Shown piece by piece: positions 48,035 through 57,966 of a DNA stretch of 64,000 bases. Source of the stretch: an uncultured virus (IMG/VR IMGVR_UViG_2671180412_000004) (Duplodnaviria > Heunggongvirae > Uroviricota > Caudoviricetes); IMG/VR virus record IMGVR_UViG_2671180412_000004, one strand, 5' to 3'. The translations under genes and the position numbers were made by a program. A model generated the notes under the pieces. That model saw only the letters and a program-made list of their open reading frames with translations, had not been told where the DNA came from and searched no databases. Every line of letters begins with the position of its first letter. The stretch's first letter is position 1.

Positions 48035-49797
48035 TAAAAAATCTCCACGATGTTGCTGGTACTGGCGGAAGCTCCTGCCAGTGGTTCGTTATAAAGTGCG
48101 TGCATGGTTGCCCAAGCTAAATCCGCGTGGCTGGCTTCCTCTGTGCGGGCTGCTTCGTAGGTTGGCCGGTTGCCGCTGGCGGTGGTTGAACGGCGAATGG
48201 ACATAAAGGACTGCGCGATATCCAGCATCCCTGCGTCAAATTCCAGACGGCGCCCGCTGATGATGTCGTAGGCTTTAAGCACCAGGGCATTTTTAACGGT
48301 CGGGTTGTAGACAAACTCGCGCGCCGCAGGGAAGAACTGCTTAACCGTTTTGTAAACGCCATCGCCTACGCCGGTCGAGTCAATGCCGATGTAGGTCACG
48401 TTGTAGCGTCTGGTGATTTCCTCAATCGCTGAGGCCTGGGCGCGAAAGTCCATCCCGCGCCACTGGTGACGCTCAAGGATGCGAAATTTACCCCCGGGGA
48501 CGACGGGAGGCGCAATGACCACGCAACCGGCGCTGTCACCATTCTGCGTTCCTTTTGCCGGGTCATAGCCGATCCAGACAGGGTGGTATGCAAACGGCCG
48601 CAGTAATAGCGGTTCGAAATCGTCCCACACATCCCAGCTGTCAACCATGCAGGACTGCAGCAACGCCAGCGGGAACACGGACGCCAGGTCGTCAACAAAC
48701 TGACACATCAGCAGGTTGTTGTATTCGTCTGGGCTGTACTCCAGGCGCAGCTGGTCCAGGTCGAAAAGGTTACACCCGCCGTTTACGGCATCTTCGATGG
48801 TGACTATCTGGCGGTACTGGCCGTCAGGACATAAAACGCCGTGCGCCAGGCTACTGTGAGAAAGGTCAAATTCTACCCTGTCGGCTTTCGGGCGCCCTTT
48901 ATTGAACAGGGCACCAGACCAGAACGGGTATGCGCTGTGCGTCAGGCTGGAAGGTGTTGAGAAATAGGTCTGACGCCATTTTTTGTGCAGCGCCATACCG
49001 GAGGCCACCTTGCGCAGCTCCTGGAATTTCGGTATCCAGAAATACTCATCAAGATACAGATTGCCGTGATAGCTCTGCGCGGTACGGGCATTTGTACCGA
49101 GGAAGTAAAGACAGGCGCCGTTAGGCAGCACCATCGGATCGCCTTTCAGCTCAACATCCACCTCTTTTGCGAAGTCGATAATGTACTGTTTAAAAACGTG
49201 TGCCTGAGCTTTACTCGCTGACAGAAAGATTTGATTTCGGCCCGTGGTCAGGGCGTCTATCAACGCTTCACGGGCGAAATAGTAGGTTGCACCGATCTGG
49301 CGTGACTTTAAGAGGTTGCGGATACGGTGCTTGATGCCAGCGTCCCACCAGTGGCGCTGGTACTCGAACATACCGGCGCGGAAAATCTCTTCCAGCTTTT
49401 CGATCTGTTCGTCGGTAAACAGGTTTTTTTCCGGCGGCTTGCGCGGACCTTTATTGCGGTTCGCAACGTTCGGATTCAGGTCTGCTTCATTCCCGCCATT
49501 GTTAAATTTGCCGATTCTGGCCTGTCGTTCGGACTGACGCGCCAGCAGGTCAATTTCTTTAAAATCCTTTCCTTCCTTCTGCTCCTTCATGACGAGCTGG
49601 CAGTAACGTGCGGCGGTGGTGAGCTGCATCTGATCCAGTGGGCCATATTCGCCCCACTTATCGCGTTTTTTCCAGCTGTGAACGGTTGCAACTTTCTCGC
49701 CCAGCATTTCAGCAATGCGGGCTACGCGGTATCCCTGAAAGTACATCAGCATTGCCTGACGACGGGGATCGAGGTCTGCGGGGGTCAGTGTTGTCAT
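48034..49797 (-). CDS. P: Terminase ATPase subunit gpP
   Basis: DLDPRRQAML, KSRQIGAT, LDEYFW motifs; start placed at MTTLTP. Confidence 0.95.
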   Translation of the reverse strand: MTTLTPADLDPRRQAMLMYFQGYRVARIAEMLGEKVATVHSWKKRDKWGEYGPLDQMQLTTAARYCQLVMKEQKEGKDFKEIDLLARQSERQARIGKFNNGGNEADLNPNVANRNKGPRKPPEKNLFTDEQIEKLEEIFRAGMFEYQRHWWDAGIKHRIRNLLKSRQIGATYYFAREALIDALTTGRNQIFLSASKAQAHVFKQYIIDFAKEVDVELKGDPMVLPNGACLYFLGTNARTAQSYHGNLYLDEYFWIPKFQELRKVASGMALHKKWRQTYFSTPSSLTHSAYPFWSGALFNKGRPKADRVEFDLSHSSLAHGVLCPDGQYRQIVTIEDAVNGGCNLFDLDQLRLEYSPDEYNNLLMCQFVDDLASVFPLALLQSCMVDSWDVWDDFEPLLLRPFAYHPVWIGYDPAKGTQNGDSAGCVVIAPPVVPGGKFRILERHQWRGMDFRAQASAIEEITRRYNVTYIGIDSTGVGDGVYKTVKQFFPAAREFVYNPTVKNALVLKAYDIISGRRLEFDAGMLDIAQSFMSIRRSTTASGNRPTYEAARTEEASHADLAWATMHALYNEPLAGASASTSNIVEIF

Positions 49798-49843
49798 GGC
49801 ACAAACATACGGCCTCAAATCAGCACTTTCCCCGGCTTCGCAT

Positions 49844-49861
49844 TGTGTGGGAGTTCGCACA
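49844..49861. promoter_or_regulatory. Ogr-family activator site for the divergent P/O late promoters
   Basis: TGT-N12-ACA (tgtgtgggagttcgcaca). Confidence 0.8.
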
Positions 49862-49946
49862 AGCCCAACGCGTTGTTTACACGCGCCCATCACCGCAAAC
49901 ATAAGGCTCTGAACGTGTTACGAACTAACTAACCGGAGCCGGACCG

Positions 49947-50774
49947 ATGGCAAAAAAATCTAAGCGTTTTCGTATTGGGGTCGAAGGGGCCACTACTGAC
50001 GGGCGCGTTATTGAGCGTGAATGGCTCACCCAGATGGCGGCGAGCTATAACCCGCAGGTATACACCGCGCTGATCAATATGGAACACATCAAGGGCTTCA
50101 CCCCTGATGGGCCTTTCCGTCGTTTTGGCATGGTGGAAAAGCTGGAAGCGGAAGAAATCACCGAAGGGGCATTATCCGGGAAAATGGCGCTGTATGGCTG
50201 GATTGCCCCGACTGACGACCTGGTCACGATGACCAGCAACTGGCAGAAGCTTTTCACCTCAATGGAAGTTAACACCAGCTTTGCCGATACCGGCTCCGCT
50301 TATCTGGTTGGCCTGGCGATTACTGACGATCCGGCAAGCCTCGGCACTGAAATGCTGCAGTTCAGTGCCAGCGCAGAACATAACCCCCTGGCGCGCCGCA
50401 AGCTGGACAAAGACAACCTGTTTACCGCTGCTGTTGAAACGCTGATCGAGTTTGAGGACGTGCCGGAAAAAACCAGCCTGTTTACCCGCGTGAAAGAGCT
50501 GCTGTCCCGCAAAGGCGCCGATGATAACGCCCGCTTTGCTGATGTGAATCAGGCTGTTGAAACCATCGCGCGTGAGCATCAGACGCTGGCGGAGCAGGTC
50601 AGCACCCATCAAACCGATTTCAGCAACAAGCTGAGCGATATGCAGAAGGTTGTTGATGAGACAACCAACGCACTCTCCACCCTGCGTGAGCAGCTTTCCA
50701 CTCAGGACAGCCGCAGCGAACGCCGCCCTAATGCGACCGGCAATAACGGCGCAGAACAAACCACCGATTGCTGA
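49947..50774 (+). CDS. O: Capsid scaffolding protein gpO
   Basis: FRIGVEGATTDGR, GLAITDDPASLGTE motifs. Confidence 0.95.
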   Translation: MAKKSKRFRIGVEGATTDGRVIEREWLTQMAASYNPQVYTALINMEHIKGFTPDGPFRRFGMVEKLEAEEITEGALSGKMALYGWIAPTDDLVTMTSNWQKLFTSMEVNTSFADTGSAYLVGLAITDDPASLGTEMLQFSASAEHNPLARRKLDKDNLFTAAVETLIEFEDVPEKTSLFTRVKELLSRKGADDNARFADVNQAVETIAREHQTLAEQVSTHQTDFSNKLSDMQKVVDETTNALSTLREQLSTQDSRSERRPNATGNNGAEQTTDC

Positions 50775-50789
50775 TGGAGCAAAAGCACA

Positions 50790-51938
50790 ATGAAAAAAGA
50801 GACGCGTTTTAAATTTAACGGCTATCTGACGCAGCTCGCTACACTTAATGGCGTGCCTGTGAGCGGTATCACCTCAAAATATACGGCAGAGCCGTCCGTT
50901 GCGCAGACGCTGGAAACGAAAATCCAGGAGTCTTCCTCGTTCCTGCAGAAAATCAACATTATCCCGGTTGATGAGCAGTCCGGCGAACGTCTGGGGCTGG
51001 GGATTGGCGCCAGTATCGCCGGAAATACTGATACCACCCAGAAAGACCGTGAACCCGTTGATCCGACCTACATCGACGGTGAAGGGTACAAGTGTACCCA
51101 GACTAACTCTGATACGGCGCTGCCTTATGCAAAACTGGATTTGTGGGCTAAATTCCAGGACTTCCAGACGCGCATCCGTGACGCCATCATTATTCGCCAG
51201 GCGCTTGACCGCATCATGATCGGCTTTAACGGCGTGAAGCGTGAAAAAACGTCAGACCGCAAGACCTATCCGCTGCTGCAGGATGTGAATATCGGCTGGC
51301 TGGAGAAAATCCGCCAGGAGAAACCCGTTCAGGTTCTGGACAAAATTGTGTCCGAGGGCGAGGTGGTTTCTCAGACTATCCGTGTCGGTAAAGGCGGCGA
51401 TTTCCTGAATCTGGACGCGCTGGTTATGGGCGCCGTGAATGAGAAAATCGCGCCGTGGTATCAGGAAGATACAGAGCTTGTGGTTATCGTCGGGCGCCAG
51501 TTGCTGGCGGATAAATATTTCCCGATCGTCAACCGCGACCAGCCAAACAGCGAAGCGATGGCGGCCGATCTCATCATCAGCCAGAAGCGTATCGGCAACC
51601 TCCCGGCCGTTCGCGCGCCGTTCTTCCCGGCTAACGCCATGCTGATCACCCGTCTGGATAACCTGTCTATTTACTGGCAAGCCGGTACCCGTCGTCGTTC
51701 GGTTATCGACAATCCGAAGCGTGACCGCGTGGAGAACTACGAATCCGTTAACGAGGCGTATGTTGTCGAAGATTACGACGGCGTTTGCCTGGTTGAGAAC
51801 ATCGAGATGTTACCAGCGCAGGCAGACGGCAATCCGGGCGCGGCGCTGACGGCTGAAAATATTCAGACCATCGTTGCTGCAGCAGTGCAGGGCGCGCTTG
51901 ATGCTCAGAATACGGGCGGCACTGGCGCCGGAGCGTGA
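50790..51938 (+). CDS. N: Major capsid protein gpN
   Basis: ALDRIMIGFNG, LQDVNIGWL motifs. Confidence 0.95.
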   Translation: MKKETRFKFNGYLTQLATLNGVPVSGITSKYTAEPSVAQTLETKIQESSSFLQKINIIPVDEQSGERLGLGIGASIAGNTDTTQKDREPVDPTYIDGEGYKCTQTNSDTALPYAKLDLWAKFQDFQTRIRDAIIIRQALDRIMIGFNGVKREKTSDRKTYPLLQDVNIGWLEKIRQEKPVQVLDKIVSEGEVVSQTIRVGKGGDFLNLDALVMGAVNEKIAPWYQEDTELVVIVGRQLLADKYFPIVNRDQPNSEAMAADLIISQKRIGNLPAVRAPFFPANAMLITRLDNLSIYWQAGTRRRSVIDNPKRDRVENYESVNEAYVVEDYDGVCLVENIEMLPAQADGNPGAALTAENIQTIVAAAVQGALDAQNTGGTGAGA

Positions 51939-51941
51939 TAA

Positions 51942-52595
51942 ATGAATCCGTTCCGTGCTCACACTCAGTATGTACAGGCACAGGATGCCGCCCGGCAGGG
52001 CGGCAGTAAAGCCAGTATGACGGGTTATAACCAGATGCTGTTACAGCTGACAGAACACCGCAGGCGCCTTAAAACCGTCCAGTCAAATGAGCGCAAGGCT
52101 CAGCTCAAACGTGAGTTTCTTCCCGCTTATGCCTCATGGATTGCCGGTTTGCTGGATGCTGACGCGTCAGGCCAGGACGACGTGGCGATGTACGTCATGA
52201 TCTGGCGCATTGATGCCGGAGACTATACCGGCGCGCTGGACATTGCCCGTCATGCCATTAAACACGGCTGGGTCCTGCCGCAGCGCTTCAACCGGACCTG
52301 CGGGACCGCTGTTGCCGAAGAGTTTGCCGACGCGGCAATGCGCGCTTTTTCTGCCGGTGAATCATTCAATGCCGCCATTCTTACCCAGGTGCTCGATATC
52401 GTTGAAGGTCAGGATATGCCGGATCAGTCCCGCGCCCGACTTCATAAGGCGATGGGCTACGCGCTGCGGGATAACGATCAGGCAGTGGCGGCACTTAACC
52501 ATCTGAAGCGTGCCCTGCAGCTGGATAACAGTTCTGGCGTCAAAACCGAAATCAACAAGCTTGAAAGCCGATTGCGACAGGCAATGTCGGCTTAA
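51942..52595 (+). CDS. M: Terminase small subunit gpM
   Basis: VMIWRIDAGDY, DMPDQSRARLHK motifs. Confidence 0.92.
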   Translation: MNPFRAHTQYVQAQDAARQGGSKASMTGYNQMLLQLTEHRRRLKTVQSNERKAQLKREFLPAYASWIAGLLDADASGQDDVAMYVMIWRIDAGDYTGALDIARHAIKHGWVLPQRFNRTCGTAVAEEFADAAMRAFSAGESFNAAILTQVLDIVEGQDMPDQSRARLHKAMGYALRDNDQAVAALNHLKRALQLDNSSGVKTEINKLESRLRQAMSA

Positions 52596-52693
52596 CGAAT
52601 CGTGCCAACGCGCGGGGCGGCACGGGGTGGCGACAGGCTTTATGCCGCGTCAAAACCCCGTCCACCGCCCAACTATTTGGGAGTGCCAGAAAT

Positions 52694-53161
52694 ATGCAAT
52701 TCGTTTCGCCGGAACAGGCCGGGGAAAGTACCCAGGACGTTATTAAAAACACCAGTTTCTGGCCTGATGTCAGGGTTTCAGAGTTCCGCCGTGATATGCG
52801 CATGGATGGGAGTGTCACCGATCCACGCCTGCGTCTGGCGTTGCTGACAGCGATTGCTGAAGTTAACGCCGATCTTTATGAGTTCCGCGAGAAACAACGG
52901 GCGCAGGGGTATGCGAGCCTTGCCGACGTCCCTGCTGATGTGATCGACGGCGAAAGCCAGCGGCTCATGCTGTATCGCCGTGCGGTGTTTTGCTGGGCAA
53001 AAGCAAACCTGGTTGAGCGCTATCGCGATTTTGACGCAACCGGCGACGGTAGCAAGAAAGCCGAAGATATCGAAACAACCTTAGGCGAGCTGTGGCGCGA
53101 TGTGCGCTGGGCGGAGTCCCGCCTGCGCGATATGCCACATATGACGGTGGAGCTGATTTGA
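52694..53161 (+). CDS. L: Head completion protein gpL
   Basis: IKNTSFWPD, LYRRAVF motifs. Confidence 0.9.
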   Translation: MQFVSPEQAGESTQDVIKNTSFWPDVRVSEFRRDMRMDGSVTDPRLRLALLTAIAEVNADLYEFREKQRAQGYASLADVPADVIDGESQRLMLYRRAVFCWAKANLVERYRDFDATGDGSKKAEDIETTLGELWRDVRWAESRLRDMPHMTVELI

Positions 53162-53364
53162 TGAAAGTGCGTGCGCATCAGTATGACACGGTGGACGCAC
53201 TCTGCTGGCGCCATTACGGGCGCACGCAGGGAGTCACTGAACAGGTGCTGCAGGCGAATCCGGGGCTGGCTGAATATGGCCCCTTTTTACCGCACGGGCT
53301 GCAGGTGGAGCTGCCGGACATTACGGCGTCAACCACTGCGCAGACTGTCCAGTTATGGGACTGA
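53161..53364 (+). CDS. X: Tail protein gpX
   Basis: DTVDALCWRHYGRT...TVQLWD. Confidence 0.92.
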   Translation: MKVRAHQYDTVDALCWRHYGRTQGVTEQVLQANPGLAEYGPFLPHGLQVELPDITASTTAQTVQLWD

Positions 53365-53367
53365 ACT

Positions 53368-53583
53368 ATGACGCTTGAACGAATCAGCGCCTTTATCACT
53401 TACTGCGTTGCCCTGCTTCTGGCATGGCTCGGCGATTTGTCTCTTAAAGATGTATCGACCATTACCGGTCTTGCGCTGGGGATTATTACTGCAGCGGTGA
53501 CCTGTTATTTACGCTGGAAAGCCTACCAGCTGCTGCGGGACGGCAGAATATCCAGGGGGGAATATGAGTCCTTCAATCGTTAA
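53368..53583 (+). CDS. Holin
   Basis: Two TM segments; precedes the lysozyme. Confidence 0.8.
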   Translation: MTLERISAFITYCVALLLAWLGDLSLKDVSTITGLALGIITAAVTCYLRWKAYQLLRDGRISRGEYESFNR

Positions 53584-54079
53584 GCGTTGCCTGGTCGGCG
53601 CGGTGCTGGCGATTGCCGCCACGCTGCCAGGCTTTCAGTCGCTTCATACCTCCGTTGAGGGGCTGAAACTGATTGCTGATTTCGAAGGGTGTCGCCTCCA
53701 GCCATACCAGTGCAGCGCCGGGGTATGGACTGACGGGATCGGCAATACGTCCGGGGTAGTACCGGGCAAAACCATAACGGAGCGACAGGCCGCGCAGGGG
53801 CTGATTAATAACGTGTTGCTGACGGAAAAAAGGATTGAAGCCTGCCTGCAGGTTAAGCCACCTCAGCATGTTTACGATGCCCTGATCAGTATCGGTTTTA
53901 ATGTCGGAACGGGGGCCATCTGCCGGTCAACAATGGTTTCTTACATCAATCGCCAGCAATGGTGGCAGGCGTGCAACCAGCTCCCCCGCTGGATTTATGT
54001 AAATGGTCAACGGAATAAAGGGCTGGAAAACAGGCGCGCCCGTGAGCTTGCCTGGTGTCTTAAAGGGGCAGGGGCATGA
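53564..54079 (+). CDS. SAR-type lysozyme endolysin
   Basis: N-terminal hydrophobic anchor; EGCRLQPYQCSAGVWTDGIG; GLENRR. Confidence 0.92.
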   Translation: MSPSIVKRCLVGAVLAIAATLPGFQSLHTSVEGLKLIADFEGCRLQPYQCSAGVWTDGIGNTSGVVPGKTITERQAAQGLINNVLLTEKRIEACLQVKPPQHVYDALISIGFNVGTGAICRSTMVSYINRQQWWQACNQLPRWIYVNGQRNKGLENRRARELAWCLKGAGA

Positions 54080-54504
54080 CGCGCGCGCTGGCGGTGATCC
54101 TGGCTCTGGTGCTGGCATTGCTGGGCTGGCAGTCATGGCGGCTTAACAATGCCGGTCACACCATCGGGACGCAGGCTGAGGCGCTTAAAAAGAACAAGCA
54201 GGAGCTGGCGAAGAAAAACAGCCAGCTCATCAGCCTGTCCATTCTTACCGAAACCAACAGCCGGGCGCAGATGCAACTTTATGCTGCAGCGGAGGAGAAT
54301 TCCTCGCTGTTGCGGAGTCGCCAGCGCCGGATCGAGGAGCTAAAACGTGAAAACGAGGATTTACGCCGCTGGGCTGACACTCCTTTGCCTGCTGACATTA
54401 TCCGGCTGCGGGAGCGCCCGGCTCTCGCCGGAGGTGCAGCTTACCGTGAGTGGTTGTCCAAAAGTGACGCAATGCCGCCTGGACAGGTCAGCGCCGCGCA
54501 GTAA
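54076..54504 (+). CDS. lysB: LysB i-spanin
   Basis: TM then coiled coil; WADTPLP motif. Confidence 0.88.
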   Translation: MTRALAVILALVLALLGWQSWRLNNAGHTIGTQAEALKKNKQELAKKNSQLISLSILTETNSRAQMQLYAAAEENSSLLRSRQRRIEELKRENEDLRRWADTPLPADIIRLRERPALAGGAAYREWLSKSDAMPPGQVSAAQ

Positions 54505-54637
54505 TGGGGATTTGAACCAGGTGCTGGATGAGACTGAGGCCGCCTGGGCAGTATGTGCCGACAAAGTGGACACGATCATAGCGTGTCAGGAGCGAGACAG
54601 TGAACAAGCCGCAGTCCTTACGCAACGCCCTGAATAA
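54347..54637 (+). CDS. lysC: LysC o-spanin lipoprotein
   Basis: Lipobox LSGC; CPKVTQC; overlaps lysB. Confidence 0.85.
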   Translation: MKTRIYAAGLTLLCLLTLSGCGSARLSPEVQLTVSGCPKVTQCRLDRSAPRSNGDLNQVLDETEAAWAVCADKVDTIIACQERDSEQAAVLTQRPE

Positions 54638-55031
54638 ATCGGTGGCGTATGTCCGTGACAACCCGGACAAACTGCACCTTTTTGTTGATAACGGTTCGCT
54701 GGTCGCAACCGGCGCCCGTTCAATGTCATGGGAATATCGCTACACCCTGAATGTGGTGATTGAAGACTTTAGCGGCAACCAGAATTTAGTGATGGCGCCC
54801 GTATTGCTCTGGTTAATGACCAATCAACCGGACGCTATCAACAACCCGGAGCTGCGCGAAAAACTTTTTACCTTTGACGTCGATATCCTGAGCAACGATC
54901 TGTGTGATATCAGCCTCAATCTGCAGCTCACGGAGCGCGTGATTGTCAGCACAGACGGCACCGTATCGAGCGTTGAAGCGGTGCCGGAACCCGACGTACC
55001 CGAAGAAATGTGGACGGTGAAACGTGGATGA
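54600..55031 (+). CDS. R: Tail completion protein gpR
   Basis: MNKPQSLR...NPDKLHLFVDNG. Confidence 0.9.
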   Translation: MNKPQSLRNALNKSVAYVRDNPDKLHLFVDNGSLVATGARSMSWEYRYTLNVVIEDFSGNQNLVMAPVLLWLMTNQPDAINNPELREKLFTFDVDILSNDLCDISLNLQLTERVIVSTDGTVSSVEAVPEPDVPEEMWTVKRG

Positions 55032-55470
55032 CCTGCAAAGGGTGGATGACTGGCTGGCGGCCCTGCTGGCGAATCTGGAACCGGCAGTCCGCAACCGTAT
55101 GATGCGACAGCTGGCGCAGGAGCTGCGCCGGTCGCAACAGCAAAATATCAGGCTGCAGCGCAATCCAGACGGCACCACCTTTGAGCCGCGCCGGGTGACG
55201 GCCAGAAGTAAAAAGGGGCGCATCAAGCGCCAGATGTTCGCCAAATTGCGCACCACTAAATACCTGAAAACCGCAGCCACTGCGGACTCTGCCAGCGTGC
55301 AGTTTGATGGGAAAGTCCAGCGCATCGCCCGTGTTCACCATTATGGTCTGCGTGATCGAGTCAGACGCAACGGCCCGGAGGCCCGGTACCCGGCACGCCG
55401 TCTTTTGGGCGTGAATGATGAGGTAGAAACCATCACCCGTGACACGCTGTTGCGCTGGCTGTCGGAGTGA
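55024..55470 (+). CDS. S: Tail completion protein gpS
   Basis: QRNPDG, RIARVHHYG, YPARRLLG motifs. Confidence 0.9.
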   Translation: MDDLQRVDDWLAALLANLEPAVRNRMMRQLAQELRRSQQQNIRLQRNPDGTTFEPRRVTARSKKGRIKRQMFAKLRTTKYLKTAATADSASVQFDGKVQRIARVHHYGLRDRVRRNGPEARYPARRLLGVNDEVETITRDTLLRWLSE

Positions 55471-55474
55471 AATT

Positions 55475-55532
55475 TGTGTCACGGACGGCACAAAACCCAA
55501 CGCTGCCTCCCTTTTCCCTCTGATGGCAACCT
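55475..55532 (+). promoter_or_regulatory. Late promoter pV (Ogr site plus -10)
   Basis: TGT-N12-ACA at 55475-92; CAACCT at 55527-32; ATG of V at 55539 (leaderless, as known for P2 V). Confidence 0.8.
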
Positions 55533-55538
55533 TTCGTT

Positions 55539-56117
55539 ATGAACGCACAACTAACCGAAATCATGCGCCTTATCACCAACCTGATCCGCACCGGCACCGT
55601 AACCGAAGTGGACCGGGAAAACTGGCTGTGCCGGGTGAAAGTGGGCGAGCTTGAAACCAACTGGATTAACTGGCTGACACTGCGCGCAGGCGGTGCCCGT
55701 ACATGGTGGTGCCCGTCGCCGGATGAGCAGGTGGTGGTGCTGAGTATGGGCGGCAATCTTGAAACCGCTTTTGCCTTACCTGCGATCTATTCCAACCAGT
55801 TCGCCCCGCCGTCGGACTCTGTGGACGGCTCCGTAACGGAATACCCGGACGGTGGCTGGTTTGAATATGAACCAGCGACCGGCCGCTGGCATGTGCGGGG
55901 CATCAAATCCATGGTGATCGAGGCTGCAGATAACATAACCCTGAAAACGGGGGAATTTGTGGTGGAAGCAAGCAACACGCGCATAAACAGCGAAGTGGTG
56001 ATCAATGGTGGCGTCACCCAGGGCGGCGGCGCCATGAGTTCTAACGGGATCGTAGTCGATAAACACGGTCATACCGGCGTTAAATCCGGCGGTGATACAT
56101 CGGGAGGCCCGGTATGA
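55539..56117 (+). CDS. V: Baseplate spike gpV
   Basis: NLIRTG, WWCPSPDEQV; C-terminal HGH. Confidence 0.93.
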   Translation: MNAQLTEIMRLITNLIRTGTVTEVDRENWLCRVKVGELETNWINWLTLRAGGARTWWCPSPDEQVVVLSMGGNLETAFALPAIYSNQFAPPSDSVDGSVTEYPDGGWFEYEPATGRWHVRGIKSMVIEAADNITLKTGEFVVEASNTRINSEVVINGGVTQGGGAMSSNGIVVDKHGHTGVKSGGDTSGGPV

Positions 56118-56473
56118 CGCTGTATATCGGCATGAGTCAGGGCAACGGCAGGGCCATTACCGACACGGACCACCTGCGCCAGTCGGTCCGGGATATTCTG
56201 CTGACCCCGCAGGGGAGCCGCATTGCCCGGAGGGAATACGGCTCGCTTCTGTCTGAACTGATAGACCAGCCGCAGAACCCGGCGCTGCGCCTGCAGGTTA
56301 TGTCTGCGGTCTATGTGGCTCTGAGTCGCTGGGAGCCACGGCTTACCCTGGATTCCATCACCATAAACAGCAGTTTTGATGGTTCGATGGTGGTTGAGCT
56401 TACCGGGCAGCGTGATAACGGCGCGCCGGTTTCACTTTCGGTATCAACAGGAGCAGACAATGGCAGTCATTGA
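56114..56473 (+). CDS. W: Baseplate gpW
   Basis: DILLTPQGSR...YGS, RWEPR motifs. Confidence 0.92.
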   Translation: MTLYIGMSQGNGRAITDTDHLRQSVRDILLTPQGSRIARREYGSLLSELIDQPQNPALRLQVMSAVYVALSRWEPRLTLDSITINSSFDGSMVVELTGQRDNGAPVSLSVSTGADNGSH

Positions 56474-57368
56474 CCTTTCCCAGCTGCCCGCCCCGCAGAT
56501 AGTGGATGTGCCAGATTTTGAAACGCTGCTAAACGAACGGAAAGCCGCGTTTGTAGCCCTTTATCCGGCAGACGAGCAGGACGCGGTAAGGCGCACGCTT
56601 GAGCTGGAGTCTGAACCCGTGACCAAGCTCCTGCAGGAAAATGCGTATCGTGAAATCCTCCTGCGTCAGCGCATTAACGAGGCGGCGCAGGCGGTCATGG
56701 TGGCTTATTCCATGGGGAGTGATCTCGATCAGCTGGCCGGTAACTGCAACGTAAAACGTCTGACGGTTATTCCTGCAGATAACGACGCGGTACCGCCGGT
56801 TGCTGCCGTGATGGAAAGTGACGAGGCTCTGCGTCAGCGTGTTCCTGCAGCTTTTGAAGGGCTGTCAGTTGCAGGCCCAACGGGAGCTTACGAGTTTCAC
56901 GCTAAAAGCGCTGACGGGCGAGTGGCTGACGCCAGCGCAACCAGCCCGGCCCCGGCGGAGGTGGTGCTTACTGTGCTGAGCCGTGAGGGCGACGGAACGG
57001 CTGCGGCGGATCTGCTGGCTGTGGTTGAACAGGCGCTTAACAGTGAGAACGTGCGGCCGGTTGCTGACCGTCTGACGGTGCGCAGCGCTGAAATCATTCC
57101 GTACAGCGTGGATGCGACGATCTTTCTTTACCCTGGGCCAGAAGCTGAGCCGGTGATGGAGGCGGCAAAAGCCAGCCTGCAGAAATATATCGCCAGCCAG
57201 ACGAGGCTGGGGCGTGATATTCGCCGCAGTGCTATTTATGCCGCGCTGCATGTTGAGGGTGTGCAGCGTGTTGAACTGGCCTCGCCGCTCGCTGATGTGG
57301 TGCTGGATAAGACACAAGCCGCTTCATGTACGGAATGGAGCGTAACCAACGGGGGAACGGATGAATAG
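56460..57368 (+). CDS. J: Baseplate gpJ
   Basis: IDLSQLPAP, SVAGPTGAY motifs. Confidence 0.94.
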   Translation: MAVIDLSQLPAPQIVDVPDFETLLNERKAAFVALYPADEQDAVRRTLELESEPVTKLLQENAYREILLRQRINEAAQAVMVAYSMGSDLDQLAGNCNVKRLTVIPADNDAVPPVAAVMESDEALRQRVPAAFEGLSVAGPTGAYEFHAKSADGRVADASATSPAPAEVVLTVLSREGDGTAAADLLAVVEQALNSENVRPVADRLTVRSAEIIPYSVDATIFLYPGPEAEPVMEAAKASLQKYIASQTRLGRDIRRSAIYAALHVEGVQRVELASPLADVVLDKTQAASCTEWSVTNGGTDE

Positions 57369-57966
57369 CCTGCTTCCTCCTGGTTCATCGCCGCTTGAGC
57401 GCCGCCTGGCTCAGACCTGCAGCGGAATTTCCGATCTGCAGGTGCCGCTGCGGGATTTATGGAACCCGGCAACATGCCCGGTCAAGTTTCTGCCGTATCT
57501 GGCGTGGGCCTTTTCGGTTGATCGCTGGGACGAAGGATGGGCGGAGAGCGTGAAGCGCCGTGTGGTGCAGGATGCTTTCTATATCCATCAGCACAAGGGC
57601 ACAACCAGTGCTGTGCGGCGTGTGGTGGAGCCGTTCGGCTTTCTGATCCGCATTATTGAATGGTGGCAGACCGGCGAGGCGCCGGGCACGTTTCGCCTGG
57701 ATATCGGGGTGCAGGACCAGGGCATAACAGAGGAAACCTATCTGGAGCTGGAGCGCCTGATTGGTGACGCCAAACCCTGCAGCCGGCATCTGATCGGCAT
57801 GTCCATAAACCTGCAGACGAGCGGACCATATTTCGTTGGGGCTGCCACTTACACCGGCGAAGAAATCACGATTTACCCGTATATCAACGAAACCATCATT
57901 TCCGGTGGCTCTGCCTACGAGGGCGGCGCCGTCCATGTTATCGACACAATGAGAGTGAACCCATGA
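57361..57966 (+). CDS. I: Tail protein gpI
   Basis: LWNPATCP...LPYLAWAFSVDRW. Confidence 0.94.
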   Translation: MNSLLPPGSSPLERRLAQTCSGISDLQVPLRDLWNPATCPVKFLPYLAWAFSVDRWDEGWAESVKRRVVQDAFYIHQHKGTTSAVRRVVEPFGFLIRIIEWWQTGEAPGTFRLDIGVQDQGITEETYLELERLIGDAKPCSRHLIGMSINLQTSGPYFVGAATYTGEEITIYPYINETIISGGSAYEGGAVHVIDTMRVNP

